Assembly: GCA_964603545.1 (NCBI GenBank)
Contig: CAZRVD010000003.1
Span: 4,945 to 68,944, forward strand
Length of the DNA stretch: 64,000 nt
Source: an uncultured Candidatus Saccharibacteria bacterium
GTDB taxonomy: Bacteria > Patescibacteriota > Minisyncoccia > Phycocordibacterales > DATDWN01
Direction of reading: 5' to 3'
The notes under the pieces are model-generated. The model saw only the letters and a list, made by a program, of their open reading frames with translations. It did no database searches and was not told the origin of the DNA. The position numbers and the translations under genes are program-made. Position 1 is the stretch's first letter. Each line of letters starts with the position of its first letter. This document shows, one piece after another, positions 10,881 through 20,434 of this stretch.

Positions 10881-13736
10881 TTATCCTATAACAAAGTTGA
10901 CCAGTCTATTTTTTACAAATATCACCTTTTGTATCGGTTTACCTATAAGCCACTTATCCACACCTGGAACTTCTTTAGCCATATTCACAATCTGCTCTTC
11001 TGTCATATCAAAAGTTACTAAACATTCACCTCTAACTTTGCCATTAATCTGTATTGCCATCTTAACTTCTACTTCTTGTAATTTTTTAGGGTCTGCTTTT
11101 GGCCAAGCTTCTAGAGCAAGTAAATTTTTATGTCCTAACTCTCTCCAAAGTTCTTCCGTTATATGTGGGGCAAATGGAGAAAGAATTTTTAAGAAAATTT
11201 CAAAATCTTTTTTCGAAATCGAATCAAATTTTTCCATTTCGTTAAGCAAAATCATCATGCTGGAGACCGCTGTGTTAAATGCCATTGTTTCAATGTCATC
11301 GGAGACCTTTTTTACAGTTTTATTGAGCAATATTTCAAATTTATCCTGGGATTTACCTTTTTTACTTACTTTTTCTTTAATCCTCCACACTCTTTCAAGA
11401 AACCTCCTAACCCCGAAAATATTGTCTTCATTCCAGGCTATCGGCTCAGAAAAAGGCCCCATGAACATCTCATACATTCGTAAAGTGTCTGCCCCATAAT
11501 GCTTTACTATTTCGTCTGGATTAATAACATTACCCTTTGATTTTGACATTTTTTCTCCCCCTTTTGCCAAAACTAAACCATGCGATGTTCGTTTCTTATA
11601 AGGTTCAGAGAATGGAACTAACTTAATATCATATAAAAACTTATTCCAAAAACGTGAGTATAAAAGGTGAAGAGTAGTATGTTCCATACCTCCGTTGTAC
11701 CAATCAACTGGCATGAAATATTTTAACTTCTTCGGATCAGCTAGTTTTTTGCTATTCTTTGGATCAGTGTATCTTAAAAAGTACCAAGAAGAACCAGCCC
11801 AGTTGGGCATAGTATCTGTTTCTCGTTTAGCAAAACCCTTACACTTTGGACATTTGGTATTTACCCAGCTGGAAATAGAAGCGAGTGGCGACTCTCCTGT
11901 GTCTGTTGGTTCGTACCTTCCTATTTTAGGTAATTTAAGTGGTAATTCTTTCTCTGGGAGTGGAACGACTCCACATTTTTCGCAATGCACGACAGGAATA
12001 GGTTCTCCCCAATACCTCTGACGACTAAAAACCCAATCTCTAAGCTTATACTTTGTAACAACTTTACCTCTTACGAATCTAGTAATCTCTGCTTTCGCTT
12101 TTTCTGAATCCATTCCTGAAAATTTACCGGAATTAATTAAAATACCATCTCCAGAGTAAGTTAACTCTTCTAAAAATGATTGCCAAGCATATTTATGAGC
12201 CTCTGGGGACAGAAACTCCATCATTTCTTTTTTAGATAACCACTGCACCTCATGAATCGCTTGTTCTTCCATTGACATTTCTTCTCTTTTTCCGTCCTGA
12301 AGTTCAAAATACATAGTTTCAAAATGTGCTAATCGATTTACTTTTTTCGGTACGTGGTAAAACTTACTGTGTATTTTTCCAAGATTCTTAATAAACTTTG
12401 GATGCAAATAACCTGTCTCTTGGATAATTTCCGAAATTGCTCCATCTTTCATACTCTGACCTTCTTCTGGTGCACCAGTAATTAATGTCCTCCAATCCAC
12501 TTTTTTCCATTTTAGCCCTATATATTTATCCTCTGACCAATGTTTAACGATTGCCATTACAGCACTTCTTTCAACAAAAGGTACCCCATCTTTAACCTTT
12601 CCTTGTATCGTTTTATCAACAAAAAGAGGCTCAATTACATTTTTAATTTTTATATTGTATTTTTTGGCGAAGTCCCCATCCCTCTCGTCATGTGCTGGAA
12701 CAGCCATTATGGCTCCAGTTCCATACGAAGCCAAGACATAGTCCGCAATCCAAACCGGAATTTGCTCATTGTTTGCAGGGTTTACAGCATGAATACCTTT
12801 TATTTCTACACCAGTTTTATCTTTTTCTTCTTTTGTTCTTTCTATTTCTGTCTTATCTTTAATTTGCTTAAAATATCTTAGAACTTCCTCCTTGTTCTCT
12901 ATTTGAGGCCAAAGTTTCTCAATTACTCCATGCTCTGGAGCAAGAACAAGATAAGTTGCACCAAAAATAGTATCAGGTCGAGTTGTAAAAACTTTTATTT
13001 TTTCACTACTTCTCCAAACATCAAAATCAATCTCACTACCCTCAGACTTTCCTATCCAATTCCTTTGCTGAATTTTAATTTTTTCTAAATAATCTACTGT
13101 ATCTAAGTCCTTATCTAACCTATCTGCATATCTTGTAATTCTAAGCATCCATTGTTCTTTTTCTCTTTTTTCAACTTTTGTTCCACATCTTTCACAACAA
13201 CCATCCACCACCTCTTCGTTCGCCAAGCCTATCTTATCCTTTGGACACCAGTTAATATTTATTCTATCTTTATAGGCTAAATCGTGTTTAAGTAGCTGTA
13301 AAAAAATCCACTGCGTCCACTTGAAGTATTTTGGATCTGTTGTGTTCACCTCACGAGACCAATCAAAAGAAAAACCAAGTGCTTGAAGTTGTCTTCTAAA
13401 TATATCTGTATTCTTTTTTGTAACAACTGCAGGTGGGATACCCGTTTTAATTGAGTAATTTTCAGTTGGAAGTCCGAACGCATCCCATCCTATCGGATAT
13501 AGAACATTAAATCCTTGTGCTCGCCTCTTTCGAGCTATTATATCCATTGCTGTGTTACTTCTAATATGACCTACATGAAGCCCATCCCCAGAAGGATAAG
13601 GAAACTCTATAAGTCCGTAAAATTTCTTTTTTTTAGATAGATCTTTAGCTTGAAAAACTTTCTTTCTCACCCACTCTTTCTGCCACTTTTTCTCTACCGT
13701 TAAGTGATTGTAGTCTTTCTTCATGATTTTCTTCAT
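10881..13736 (-). CDS. leuS: Leucyl-tRNA synthetase carrying an extra ~150-aa Nudix-like insertion
   Basis: HIGH-type motif PYPSGDGLHVGHIRS, editing-domain TTRPDT, AHDERD, KMSKSKGN. Insertion at about aa 375-525. Confidence 0.95.
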   Translation of the reverse strand: MKKIMKKDYNHLTVEKKWQKEWVRKKVFQAKDLSKKKKFYGLIEFPYPSGDGLHVGHIRSNTAMDIIARKRRAQGFNVLYPIGWDAFGLPTENYSIKTGIPPAVVTKKNTDIFRRQLQALGFSFDWSREVNTTDPKYFKWTQWIFLQLLKHDLAYKDRININWCPKDKIGLANEEVVDGCCERCGTKVEKREKEQWMLRITRYADRLDKDLDTVDYLEKIKIQQRNWIGKSEGSEIDFDVWRSSEKIKVFTTRPDTIFGATYLVLAPEHGVIEKLWPQIENKEEVLRYFKQIKDKTEIERTKEEKDKTGVEIKGIHAVNPANNEQIPVWIADYVLASYGTGAIMAVPAHDERDGDFAKKYNIKIKNVIEPLFVDKTIQGKVKDGVPFVERSAVMAIVKHWSEDKYIGLKWKKVDWRTLITGAPEEGQSMKDGAISEIIQETGYLHPKFIKNLGKIHSKFYHVPKKVNRLAHFETMYFELQDGKREEMSMEEQAIHEVQWLSKKEMMEFLSPEAHKYAWQSFLEELTYSGDGILINSGKFSGMDSEKAKAEITRFVRGKVVTKYKLRDWVFSRQRYWGEPIPVVHCEKCGVVPLPEKELPLKLPKIGRYEPTDTGESPLASISSWVNTKCPKCKGFAKRETDTMPNWAGSSWYFLRYTDPKNSKKLADPKKLKYFMPVDWYNGGMEHTTLHLLYSRFWNKFLYDIKLVPFSEPYKKRTSHGLVLAKGGEKMSKSKGNVINPDEIVKHYGADTLRMYEMFMGPFSEPIAWNEDNIFGVRRFLERVWRIKEKVSKKGKSQDKFEILLNKTVKKVSDDIETMAFNTAVSSMMILLNEMEKFDSISKKDFEIFLKILSPFAPHITEELWRELGHKNLLALEAWPKADPKKLQEVEVKMAIQINGKVRGECLVTFDMTEEQIVNMAKEVPGVDKWLIGKPIQKVIFVKNRLVNFVIG

Positions 13737-13742
13737 ATAACC

Positions 13743-13790
13743 ATGTTACAAAAAAATCACCCCTTAGTCCATAAGGGGTGATTTTTTATT
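13743..13790 (-). terminator. Bidirectional intrinsic terminator
   Basis: ATCACCCCTTAgtccaTAAGGGGTGAT hairpin flanked by A-run and T-run, just downstream of the 13796-14722 gene. Confidence 0.6.
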
Positions 13791-13795
13791 TTAAC

Positions 13796-14722
13796 CTAGT
13801 AACCTAAAGGCTTCGGGTACATCGCTGTGTTTATTTTTTGTTCAAAACAATGTCTTCCAGCTGGGTGTGTCCAGATGACATCTCCGTAATATGGATAAGC
13901 TTGGTTGTTAGTTAGTTGTTCATCAGATGCCTTGTTGAATTCCGCACAAAGTGAATACGTCAGAGTTCCTGTTTTTACATACTCGTAGGGTTTCTGGCTT
14001 TGTGGATCAACCATCGAACCATAGTAGGCAGCTGCCTTAAGTTCATCTACGTTATTTGGTAACTTTGAATTTGTTGCGTAATAAGTTTGTACCTGACTGT
14101 TTAAATTCTGTAAATCACTTAGTTTTTGCTGGTCGTATTTATACAATCTTTGTGTCCGAGGAGAACCTAAAACTGAAAAACCCCAGACTATAGAGCCAAG
14201 AACAATTACAAAAGCAAAAATTCTCCACATATTTCTAGATTTTGGAGTCAGTTTTCCTCTTATATCAGAAATATAATATGTAAACACCCCTCCAGTTATA
14301 ACTAATAGGACAAGGACCTTTAGAATGAAGCCTGTAGTGAGTTCCTGTCCATCAATAAAGTAGTAAAGGACTGTGATAAGATCTATCGCGAGAGCTACCC
14401 CCGCAATAAAAAGTGTTAGAAATGTTAACCATTTGTGTACTCCAGCATTTTTTCTCTCAGGATCAGAGTCATAGTCCTTCGCTAAAAGCCACATTAACAA
14501 AATAAATATTGGGAAAAATATTGCCAGGATAGAAACAGGCCACGATATAGAGCTACTACCAAAATAATAATAACCGTTAGTTATTTGTGGATATGCCTTG
14601 TTAATAACAGAGAACAAAAGAGTAACCAGACTTCCCACTACCGTGTACAGGGAAATAGTTGCTCCCAAGTTTAAGAAAAAATCCTTAACGTTACTTTTTG
14701 ACTTCATTGTTGTTGGTTCCAT
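13796..14722 (-). CDS. Hypothetical polytopic membrane protein
   Basis: Multiple hydrophobic helices; no catalytic motif recognised. Confidence 0.4.
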   Translation of the reverse strand: MEPTTMKSKSNVKDFFLNLGATISLYTVVGSLVTLLFSVINKAYPQITNGYYYFGSSSISWPVSILAIFFPIFILLMWLLAKDYDSDPERKNAGVHKWLTFLTLFIAGVALAIDLITVLYYFIDGQELTTGFILKVLVLLVITGGVFTYYISDIRGKLTPKSRNMWRIFAFVIVLGSIVWGFSVLGSPRTQRLYKYDQQKLSDLQNLNSQVQTYYATNSKLPNNVDELKAAAYYGSMVDPQSQKPYEYVKTGTLTYSLCAEFNKASDEQLTNNQAYPYYGDVIWTHPAGRHCFEQKINTAMYPKPLGY

Positions 14723-14742
14723 AAATTTTTATTAATTAATAA

Positions 14743-15162
14743 TTATTCTGTTGTTGTGCCTTCAAATTCGGCTTCATTTGCCATAGCGTCTACCTTTGTT
14801 TGCCGTACTATACCGTCCTTATGGTGAGCTGGGCTATATATAGTGTACATCTTTAGAGCCGTATTACTACTAGTGTTTATGACATTGTGTGTAGCTCCTT
14901 TTGGTATAACCACGGCATCCCCGTCTGCCACCTCATACTCTGTTTGATTTATAACCACCTTTCCTTTCCCTTCTTCAAATCTAAAAAACTGGTCGTTATC
15001 AGGGTGAACTTCACCACTAATCTCCTCTCCAGGAAGAAGACTCATAAGAACCAGTTGTGATTGTTCTCCTGTGTACAAAACCTTTCTAAAATTTGTATTT
15101 TCCCTTGTTAATTTTTCTATATTATCTTTGTATCCTTTTTTCATAACCGTATTATACCACAC
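14743..15162 (-). CDS. Cupin-domain protein
   Basis: Small beta-barrel signature GEVHPDNDQFFRFEEGKGKVVINQTEY...GDAVVIPKGATH. Confidence 0.55.
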   Translation of the reverse strand: MWYNTVMKKGYKDNIEKLTRENTNFRKVLYTGEQSQLVLMSLLPGEEISGEVHPDNDQFFRFEEGKGKVVINQTEYEVADGDAVVIPKGATHNVINTSSNTALKMYTIYSPAHHKDGIVRQTKVDAMANEAEFEGTTTE

Positions 15163-15209
15163 TTTGAACTTATCGAGTTTAAAATTTAAATGCAGTTCTA
15201 GGCAGACAA

Positions 15210-15333
15210 GAAAAATGAGAGGAGTGAGAAATGATGTGCATCATTTCGCAAGACTTTGAACGTTCTGTAATCAGAATGTGAAAAGTGTACAGAACCTGTA
15301 AGGTTTACAAGTAGTAAGGTGACGAACATTTTT
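15210..15333. repeat. Intergenic conserved motif, copy 2 (with ~80-nt insertion)
   Basis: Shares GAAAAATGAGAGGAG and TTACAAGTAGTAAGGTGACGAACATTT with 7321-7363. Confidence 0.5.
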
Positions 15334-15355
15334 TGAAGTCCAACAACGAAATGCG

Positions 15356-16453
15356 TTAAATTTTAAACTCGATCACATCGCCGTCTTGGACTATGTATTC
15401 TTTTCCTTCTGTACGTACCAGCCCTTTTTCACGAGCAGAACCATACGAACCAACAGAAAGTAAATCATCACAATGCACAACTTCTGCTCGAATAAATTTG
15501 TCTTTAAAGTCCGTGTGGATAGCTTGACCCGCAACAGGTGCTGTAGAGTCACGCAATATTGTCCAAGCACGAGTTTCATCTTCTCCAGTTGTAAAGTATG
15601 TTATTAAGTTAAGAAGTTTATAGCCACCCTTAATTAAACTATCTATTCCATCGTCTTTTCCACCAAGTTCGACTCTAAAAACTTCTTTCTCCTCACCCTC
15701 CAAATCTTTTAATTCATTTTCTATGTTGGCGTCAATTATTACGTATTGATATTTATTCTCTTTAAAAAATTCTAAAAGTTTTTGAAACCTTAGGTCATTT
15801 GTTTCATCTAAGTTTTTTCCGCCTGCTTTTTTGTTAAGTGCGTACATTATTGGTTTAAATGTTAAAAGATTTAACATTTTTACAACAAATTTTTCTTTTT
15901 CATCTATTTCTAAGCTATTTACAAGTTTTCCTTCTTTTAAATGAGCCAAGACTTTTTGCAAAACTTCATTTTCAAAAACCGCCTCCTTTTTTCCTGCTTT
16001 TACGTCTTTTTGTAGATTACTGAGACGCTTTGTAACAGTATCTGTGTCTACTAACATAAGTTCAAAGTTTATAACTTCAATATCTGAAAGAGGGTCTATC
16101 ATTCCATGAACATGAATTACTTTGTCATCTTCAAAAATTCTTACCACCTCTACAATAGCATCAACTTCTCTAATGTTTGCTAGAAACTTATTGCCAAGAC
16201 CCTCTCCTTCACTCGCGCCCTTCACAAGCCCTGCGATATCAACAAATTCAACTACTGCTGGAATAGTTTTTTTTGATTTAGAAAATTCTGAAAGTTTCCA
16301 AAGTCTAGGATCTGGCACAGGAACAATACCTACAGATGGATCAATAGTACAAAAAGGATAGTTCTCTGCAGGGACAGACTTTTTTGTAAGTGCATTAAAA
16401 AGCGTGGACTTACCCACGTTTGGCAAACCGACAATTCCGATTGAAAGTGACAT
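15356..16453 (-). CDS. ychF: Ribosome-binding ATPase YchF (Obg-family GTPase/ATPase)
   Basis: [16 protein letters not shown]-loop and a C-terminal TGS domain. Confidence 0.9.
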   Translation of the reverse strand: MSLSIGIVGLPNVGKSTLFNALTKKSVPAENYPFCTIDPSVGIVPVPDPRLWKLSEFSKSKKTIPAVVEFVDIAGLVKGASEGEGLGNKFLANIREVDAIVEVVRIFEDDKVIHVHGMIDPLSDIEVINFELMLVDTDTVTKRLSNLQKDVKAGKKEAVFENEVLQKVLAHLKEGKLVNSLEIDEKEKFVVKMLNLLTFKPIMYALNKKAGGKNLDETNDLRFQKLLEFFKENKYQYVIIDANIENELKDLEGEEKEVFRVELGGKDDGIDSLIKGGYKLLNLITYFTTGEDETRAWTILRDSTAPVAGQAIHTDFKDKFIRAEVVHCDDLLSVGSYGSAREKGLVRTEGKEYIVQDGDVIEFKI

Positions 16454-16594
16454 GATTGCTACTATACATCAAAACTACATTTTTTTAAACATGGTACAAT
16501 TTTATTAGAGAGGTGTGCATGAAAATCTTTTGCGCATTGCTTATGCTCCTTATTACATCATTCACCGCAAAAGCTTTTTTTTATTAAAGAAAAG

Positions 16595-16645
16595 GCCGGT
16601 CACACGCATTGCATGACCGGGCCTTGAACCCCCTCGACCGAAGCC
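16595..16645 (-). terminator. Intrinsic terminator of the collagen-like gene
   Basis: GGCCGGTCAcacgcattgcaTGACCGGGCC hairpin, followed on the minus strand by a T-rich run. Confidence 0.55.
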
Positions 16646-16652
16646 GAGGAAC

Positions 16653-17678
16653 TTACTGCGGGGTGTGCTCGTGTATCGCCACTGCACTCAAGAGGTCTTG
16701 AGTGAGTGGAATGAGCGGAATCTTACCGTAGGTCAGAAATTGGTCGAGTGGTACCCACCCGCTGATCCAGGCCTTCCGTGCCTTGACGATTGCCAGGACG
16801 GTGTCGAGGTTGACCACGCACATGTGGAACCGCGGATTCTCCCACTGATTCTTCTCCCTGTTCAGTGTGTACATGTTGCCGATGAAGTAAAACGAGGCGG
16901 TTGAGGCCGGCTCGATGTTCGTCCATCGGAACGGTGCGACTTCTCCTCCCCGAGTGAAGCCGATGACTTCCTTCTTGTTGAGGTTGAAGAGTACCATCAC
17001 GTCCGTTTCGGGCGTGAACATGTACAGCCACTCACAGGGGCCATCCGGAGCTGGCACGGTGCCTGTGACGGTATTCGCCGTCACCACGAGACCTGGAATC
17101 TCGAAGTCCGCATGAACCTGCTTGAGGCGTTCACACATCGCGATCGTTCCCGGAGGGCCTGCCGGACCTTGCGGACCAGTTGCACCGGGAACGCCCTGTG
17201 GACCCATGGGGCCAGCCGGTCCGGGAGGTCCCGGAGGGCCGGGTTCACCATTGACCTGGTTCAGAAACCAGATCACGTGCCCAACGTACGCTCCAGCTTT
17301 AAGCTGGGTCACGCCGTTGTTGAACACCGATTTGGTGATCACGTCAACTCCATTCACCTTTTCGATAGTGTAGACCCATGCGTCGACCAGTCCCGGTGAC
17401 ACCTGCTTGACGCTGATGTTGTGAAGAGCTCCGCCCACCACGTGGACGACCTTGCACTGCCCGATTCCGAGACGTGCCGTTGTCAGCACTCCGAGGGACT
17501 CAATGCGGTAACCTGCGTAGACATTGCTACGCAGATCCTCGCAGATTTGAACGACCTCATATGTTGGCACCCCTGAAGCGTCCTCACCGACGGCTGGAAC
17601 GTTGGCCTGGGCACCTTCGGCCAACAAGTTCATGCCCAGAAAGATCGCGAGCCAGAGAACTGCCTTTATCACCTTCAT
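16653..17678 (-). CDS. Secreted collagen-like triple-helix-repeat protein (signal peptide + 11 G-X-Y triplets + C-terminal globular domain), G+C-rich foreign gene
   Basis: Start at [25 protein letters not shown], preceded by [41 protein letters not shown] run. Composition is visibly G+C-rich versus flanks. Confidence 0.7.
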   Translation of the reverse strand: MKVIKAVLWLAIFLGMNLLAEGAQANVPAVGEDASGVPTYEVVQICEDLRSNVYAGYRIESLGVLTTARLGIGQCKVVHVVGGALHNISVKQVSPGLVDAWVYTIEKVNGVDVITKSVFNNGVTQLKAGAYVGHVIWFLNQVNGEPGPPGPPGPAGPMGPQGVPGATGPQGPAGPPGTIAMCERLKQVHADFEIPGLVVTANTVTGTVPAPDGPCEWLYMFTPETDVMVLFNLNKKEVIGFTRGGEVAPFRWTNIEPASTASFYFIGNMYTLNREKNQWENPRFHMCVVNLDTVLAIVKARKAWISGWVPLDQFLTYGKIPLIPLTQDLLSAVAIHEHTPQ

Positions 17679-17753
17679 CACTTTCTTTCTCCCTTGCCAA
17701 CTTAATGGCTTTTTGCACTGCCGAAAATGGCAACACAAATCTGTTCTGTGCGC

Positions 17754-17782
17754 ACCGTAGCACCTTTCACAATTTTTGTCAA
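17754..17782 (-). promoter_or_regulatory. sigma70-like promoter of the collagen-like gene (TTGACA -17- TACGGT)
   Basis: On the minus strand: TTGACAaaaattgtgaaaggtgcTACGGT. SD AAGGGAG lies upstream of the ATG. Confidence 0.5.
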
Positions 17783-17794
17783 GAGGTACTCCTA

Positions 17795-18058
17795 CTACAT
17801 CAAACTCTTTAAATCTGACTCATATTTTTTAACAACATTCATTGTGGCTGTCATTTGGTCCAAACCTTTTTTCATTTCTTCCTGTACCTCAAGTCCAATT
17901 TTTTCAAAAAGCTGTGGATTTTTCTCTAACATACTAAAAATCTTTTCTTGTTCGGCCTGCGGAACACCTTTCATTTTTGAAGCCAGCATTTTTTTTATAA
18001 AAAAATTTTTTATTGACATAGGGCTCATAATATCAACAAATAAACTAGTCGTCCACAT
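17795..18058 (-). CDS. Hypothetical small protein (87 aa), native composition
   Basis: ORF only. It may be a remnant or C-terminal fragment adjacent to the foreign insertion. Confidence 0.25.
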   Translation of the reverse strand: MWTTSLFVDIMSPMSIKNFFIKKMLASKMKGVPQAEQEKIFSMLEKNPQLFEKIGLEVQEEMKKGLDQMTATMNVVKKYESDLKSLM

Positions 18059-18079
18059 AAGTTATGTTATGATATTTAT

Positions 18080-18874
18080 ATGTCCTGGAAAACAACGATT
18101 ATATTCTTCACTCTGTCAGTTGGTGGCCTTATCGGAATGATGACTTACTATAATCTAGATTTTTCTCTCCTTACTTCCCTTTCCTTTTATGAAAGTCTAG
18201 CAAATCCTTCTATTAGAATTGTAAAAGTGCAAGAGGGTCTCCGAAAAGAAGAAATAGCGGAAGTAGTGGGAACGAAACTTAGTTGGAGTGAGAAGGAGAA
18301 GACAAACTTTATAAATGCCCACCTAGCTCTAAACAGTGACAACTTGGAAGGAAAATACTTTCCAAAAACTTATATGTTAGACAAGGACGAGGACCCGATG
18401 GGAGTAACCGCCCTAATGCTAAAACAATTTTCTAAAGAAACTTCGACAATAAAAAAACAAAAAACAATGCAGGTGGTAAACCAGGACACTGCGGTAATTA
18501 TTGCATCAATCATTCAAAGAGAAGCTGCGGGTAAAAGAGATATGAAGTTAATCTCTGGGATTATTTGGAATAGACTTTGGAAAGGTATGAAACTCCAGAT
18601 GGATGCTACGCTACAATATGCAAAAGGTAGTGAGGAAGAAGGTTGGTGGATGAGAGTGGAATCCGCAGATAAGAAAATAGATTCTCCATATAATACTTAC
18701 ATAGAAGAAGGTCTCCCTCCATCTGCCATAGCAAATCCGGGGCTAGCCGCACTAGACGCTGCTTACAATCCACAAAAAACATCTTGCTTGTTTTATCTAC
18801 ACGACAAAAAAAGGAATATTCATTGCGCCAAGACATACGAGGAGCATAAGAGAAATATAAAGAGATATTTATAA
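18080..18874 (+). CDS. Second MltG/YceG-family endolytic transglycosylase paralog
   Basis: C-terminal DSPYNTYIEEGLPPSAIANPG; N-terminal TM. Confidence 0.75.
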   Translation: MSWKTTIIFFTLSVGGLIGMMTYYNLDFSLLTSLSFYESLANPSIRIVKVQEGLRKEEIAEVVGTKLSWSEKEKTNFINAHLALNSDNLEGKYFPKTYMLDKDEDPMGVTALMLKQFSKETSTIKKQKTMQVVNQDTAVIIASIIQREAAGKRDMKLISGIIWNRLWKGMKLQMDATLQYAKGSEEEGWWMRVESADKKIDSPYNTYIEEGLPPSAIANPGLAALDAAYNPQKTSCLFYLHDKKRNIHCAKTYEEHKRNIKRYL

Positions 18875-18993
18875 TAGTTGCTAGTAACTAGTTGTTAATT
18901 GCCAGTATTAATTTCTAGTTAGCAACCAAAAAACCCACAAAGTGAGTCTTTTGATTGCTACAACCTAAAACCTATCACCTAACCACTATTTTA

Positions 18994-19902
18994 TTACCAA
19001 GCTAGGAAATTCCACCAAGGTCTACCAGAAACTGTAGTTGTTCCGGTTGCTGAAATTGAGTAAGTAATCTCAGGTGTTACTGGGAAAAGGAAGAGTAGTC
19101 TTGCTTTTCTTTTTGCCTTAACTTCATAAGTCGCAGGCGCATCATCTGTACTTTCTACTTTTACAGCAGAGACAAAACTTTCATCAGCTTTTAGTTCCAA
19201 AACTGGTGGATTGTTAAATCCTCCAACTTTTGCTCCAGGACTTGTGGCACTACCGCCTCCGCCAGAAACAGGTTTGTCTGGAACGCAATTACCATTTGCA
19301 CAAATAGAACAGTTTTCTCCCTCTTCACCATTTGGACAAATTATAATCTTATCGACATAATTTATTGTTCCCCGACCAAAATCTCTTCCCACAGGAATGA
19401 TTCCAGGCCCAGGTGTTGGAGTAGGTGTTGGACCTCCTGAAGTATCATCGTCTCCATCACTGTCATCTGCTTCAGCAACACTAACACTAAAAGTAGCACT
19501 AGTATCTGTTATATTTGCAACTTTTACCTTAAGAGCTAGAGCATTTACAGAACCGCCTTCGCTTATGGTAAATGTCTGACTATAAGCTGGAGCTCCTAGA
19601 CATCTTGGGTCAGCATTTGGTCCACACCCACCAGCAGTTGAGATATTTACTTGAACACTTCTGTTTCCACTAGACGGATTAACTGGATTTCCTAGAGGAC
19701 AAGGAGTCATGCTTGGGACACAATCACCAACACTAGAGCTTACTTTTAGAAGCTCTATCTGCATATTTTGATAATTGGTAATAGTTACTTTCTCACCAAC
19801 TTTTAAAGAAAAAGTTGAAGGATAGTTAACTGAACTGTCAGCATAGGCTACTCCAGCAGAAAGTAGTAATGCAAAAACCCCCACTAATAATGTTTTTTTC
19901 AT
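18994..19902 (-). CDS. Secreted hypothetical protein (signal peptide, Cys-rich, acidic DSDGDDD linker)
   Basis: MKKTLLVGVFALLLSAGVAYA signal peptide. Confidence 0.5.
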   Translation of the reverse strand: MKKTLLVGVFALLLSAGVAYADSSVNYPSTFSLKVGEKVTITNYQNMQIELLKVSSSVGDCVPSMTPCPLGNPVNPSSGNRSVQVNISTAGGCGPNADPRCLGAPAYSQTFTISEGGSVNALALKVKVANITDTSATFSVSVAEADDSDGDDDTSGGPTPTPTPGPGIIPVGRDFGRGTINYVDKIIICPNGEEGENCSICANGNCVPDKPVSGGGGSATSPGAKVGGFNNPPVLELKADESFVSAVKVESTDDAPATYEVKAKRKARLLFLFPVTPEITYSISATGTTTVSGRPWWNFLAW

Positions 19903-19939
19903 TTTTTTAAAATTTTAAATAATTATAACTAGCTAAATA

Positions 19940-20434
19940 ATACCACCAAAAGTGGATTTTGGGAATGGTTATCCACACATCTGGTGCTAACTGTATAGAC
20001 GCTTTGGCACGGTGAATATTACATAAACAACAAACCGGGCGCTTTTGGGCGACCGGTTGCAGGTTTACTGCGGGAGACCAGGAAAAATCCCCGCAGTCAT
20101 AGACGTCTTGCTCGAGGCAAGAATCGTCTGAATAGTATCAAAGAACGCCAGAAGGGTTCGTTCGATACCAGAGAAAATCTCTGGGGTAAGGAACTTAATC
20201 GTGATAATTAGCATTCCAAACCCAACAGTTCGTAGTATTTTCATACTTTTGTTGTAGAGGGAGAGACCTAAGTTACTGTTCCGACAAACAGTAACCTGAT
20301 ATTGCTAATTACCAGATTGCCCCCCTCATCCACGATGACCAATAAATTGATCAGAATGGAAGAAAAGAGGTTCCGATTTATCCGTACGCCAGCTTGCCAG
20401 CGTTTTAGGATTGTTTAATTATCAAATAACTTAC
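19940..20434 (-). ncRNA. Candidate ~500-nt structured non-coding RNA of unknown class, promoter-to-terminator unit
   Basis: No ORF of 60 aa or more on either strand across ~500 nt. Extended -10 TGGTATAAT on the minus strand at 20441-20449. Terminator-like hairpin CCAAAAgtggatTTTTGG at 19946-19962 followed by a T-run. Many strong internal hairpins (GTTACTGTTtgtcggAACAGTAAC, CTGCGGG...CCCGCAG, CTTGCctcgaGCAAG). G+C above flanks. Confidence 0.35.

Noticed and set aside
7321-15260. Tiny MRG... peptides (9 and 14 codons) starting at the ATG inside the shared GAAAATGAGAGGAG motif
   Set aside because: The AGGAG lies downstream of, not upstream of, the ATG and the peptides differ after three residues. 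The nucleotide motif itself is what is conserved.
16665-17812. Multiple 60-137-aa ORFs overlapping the collagen-like gene on both strands
   Set aside because: Same G+C-rich artefact: Pro/Gly/Arg-rich, no signals, nested in a well-supported gene.
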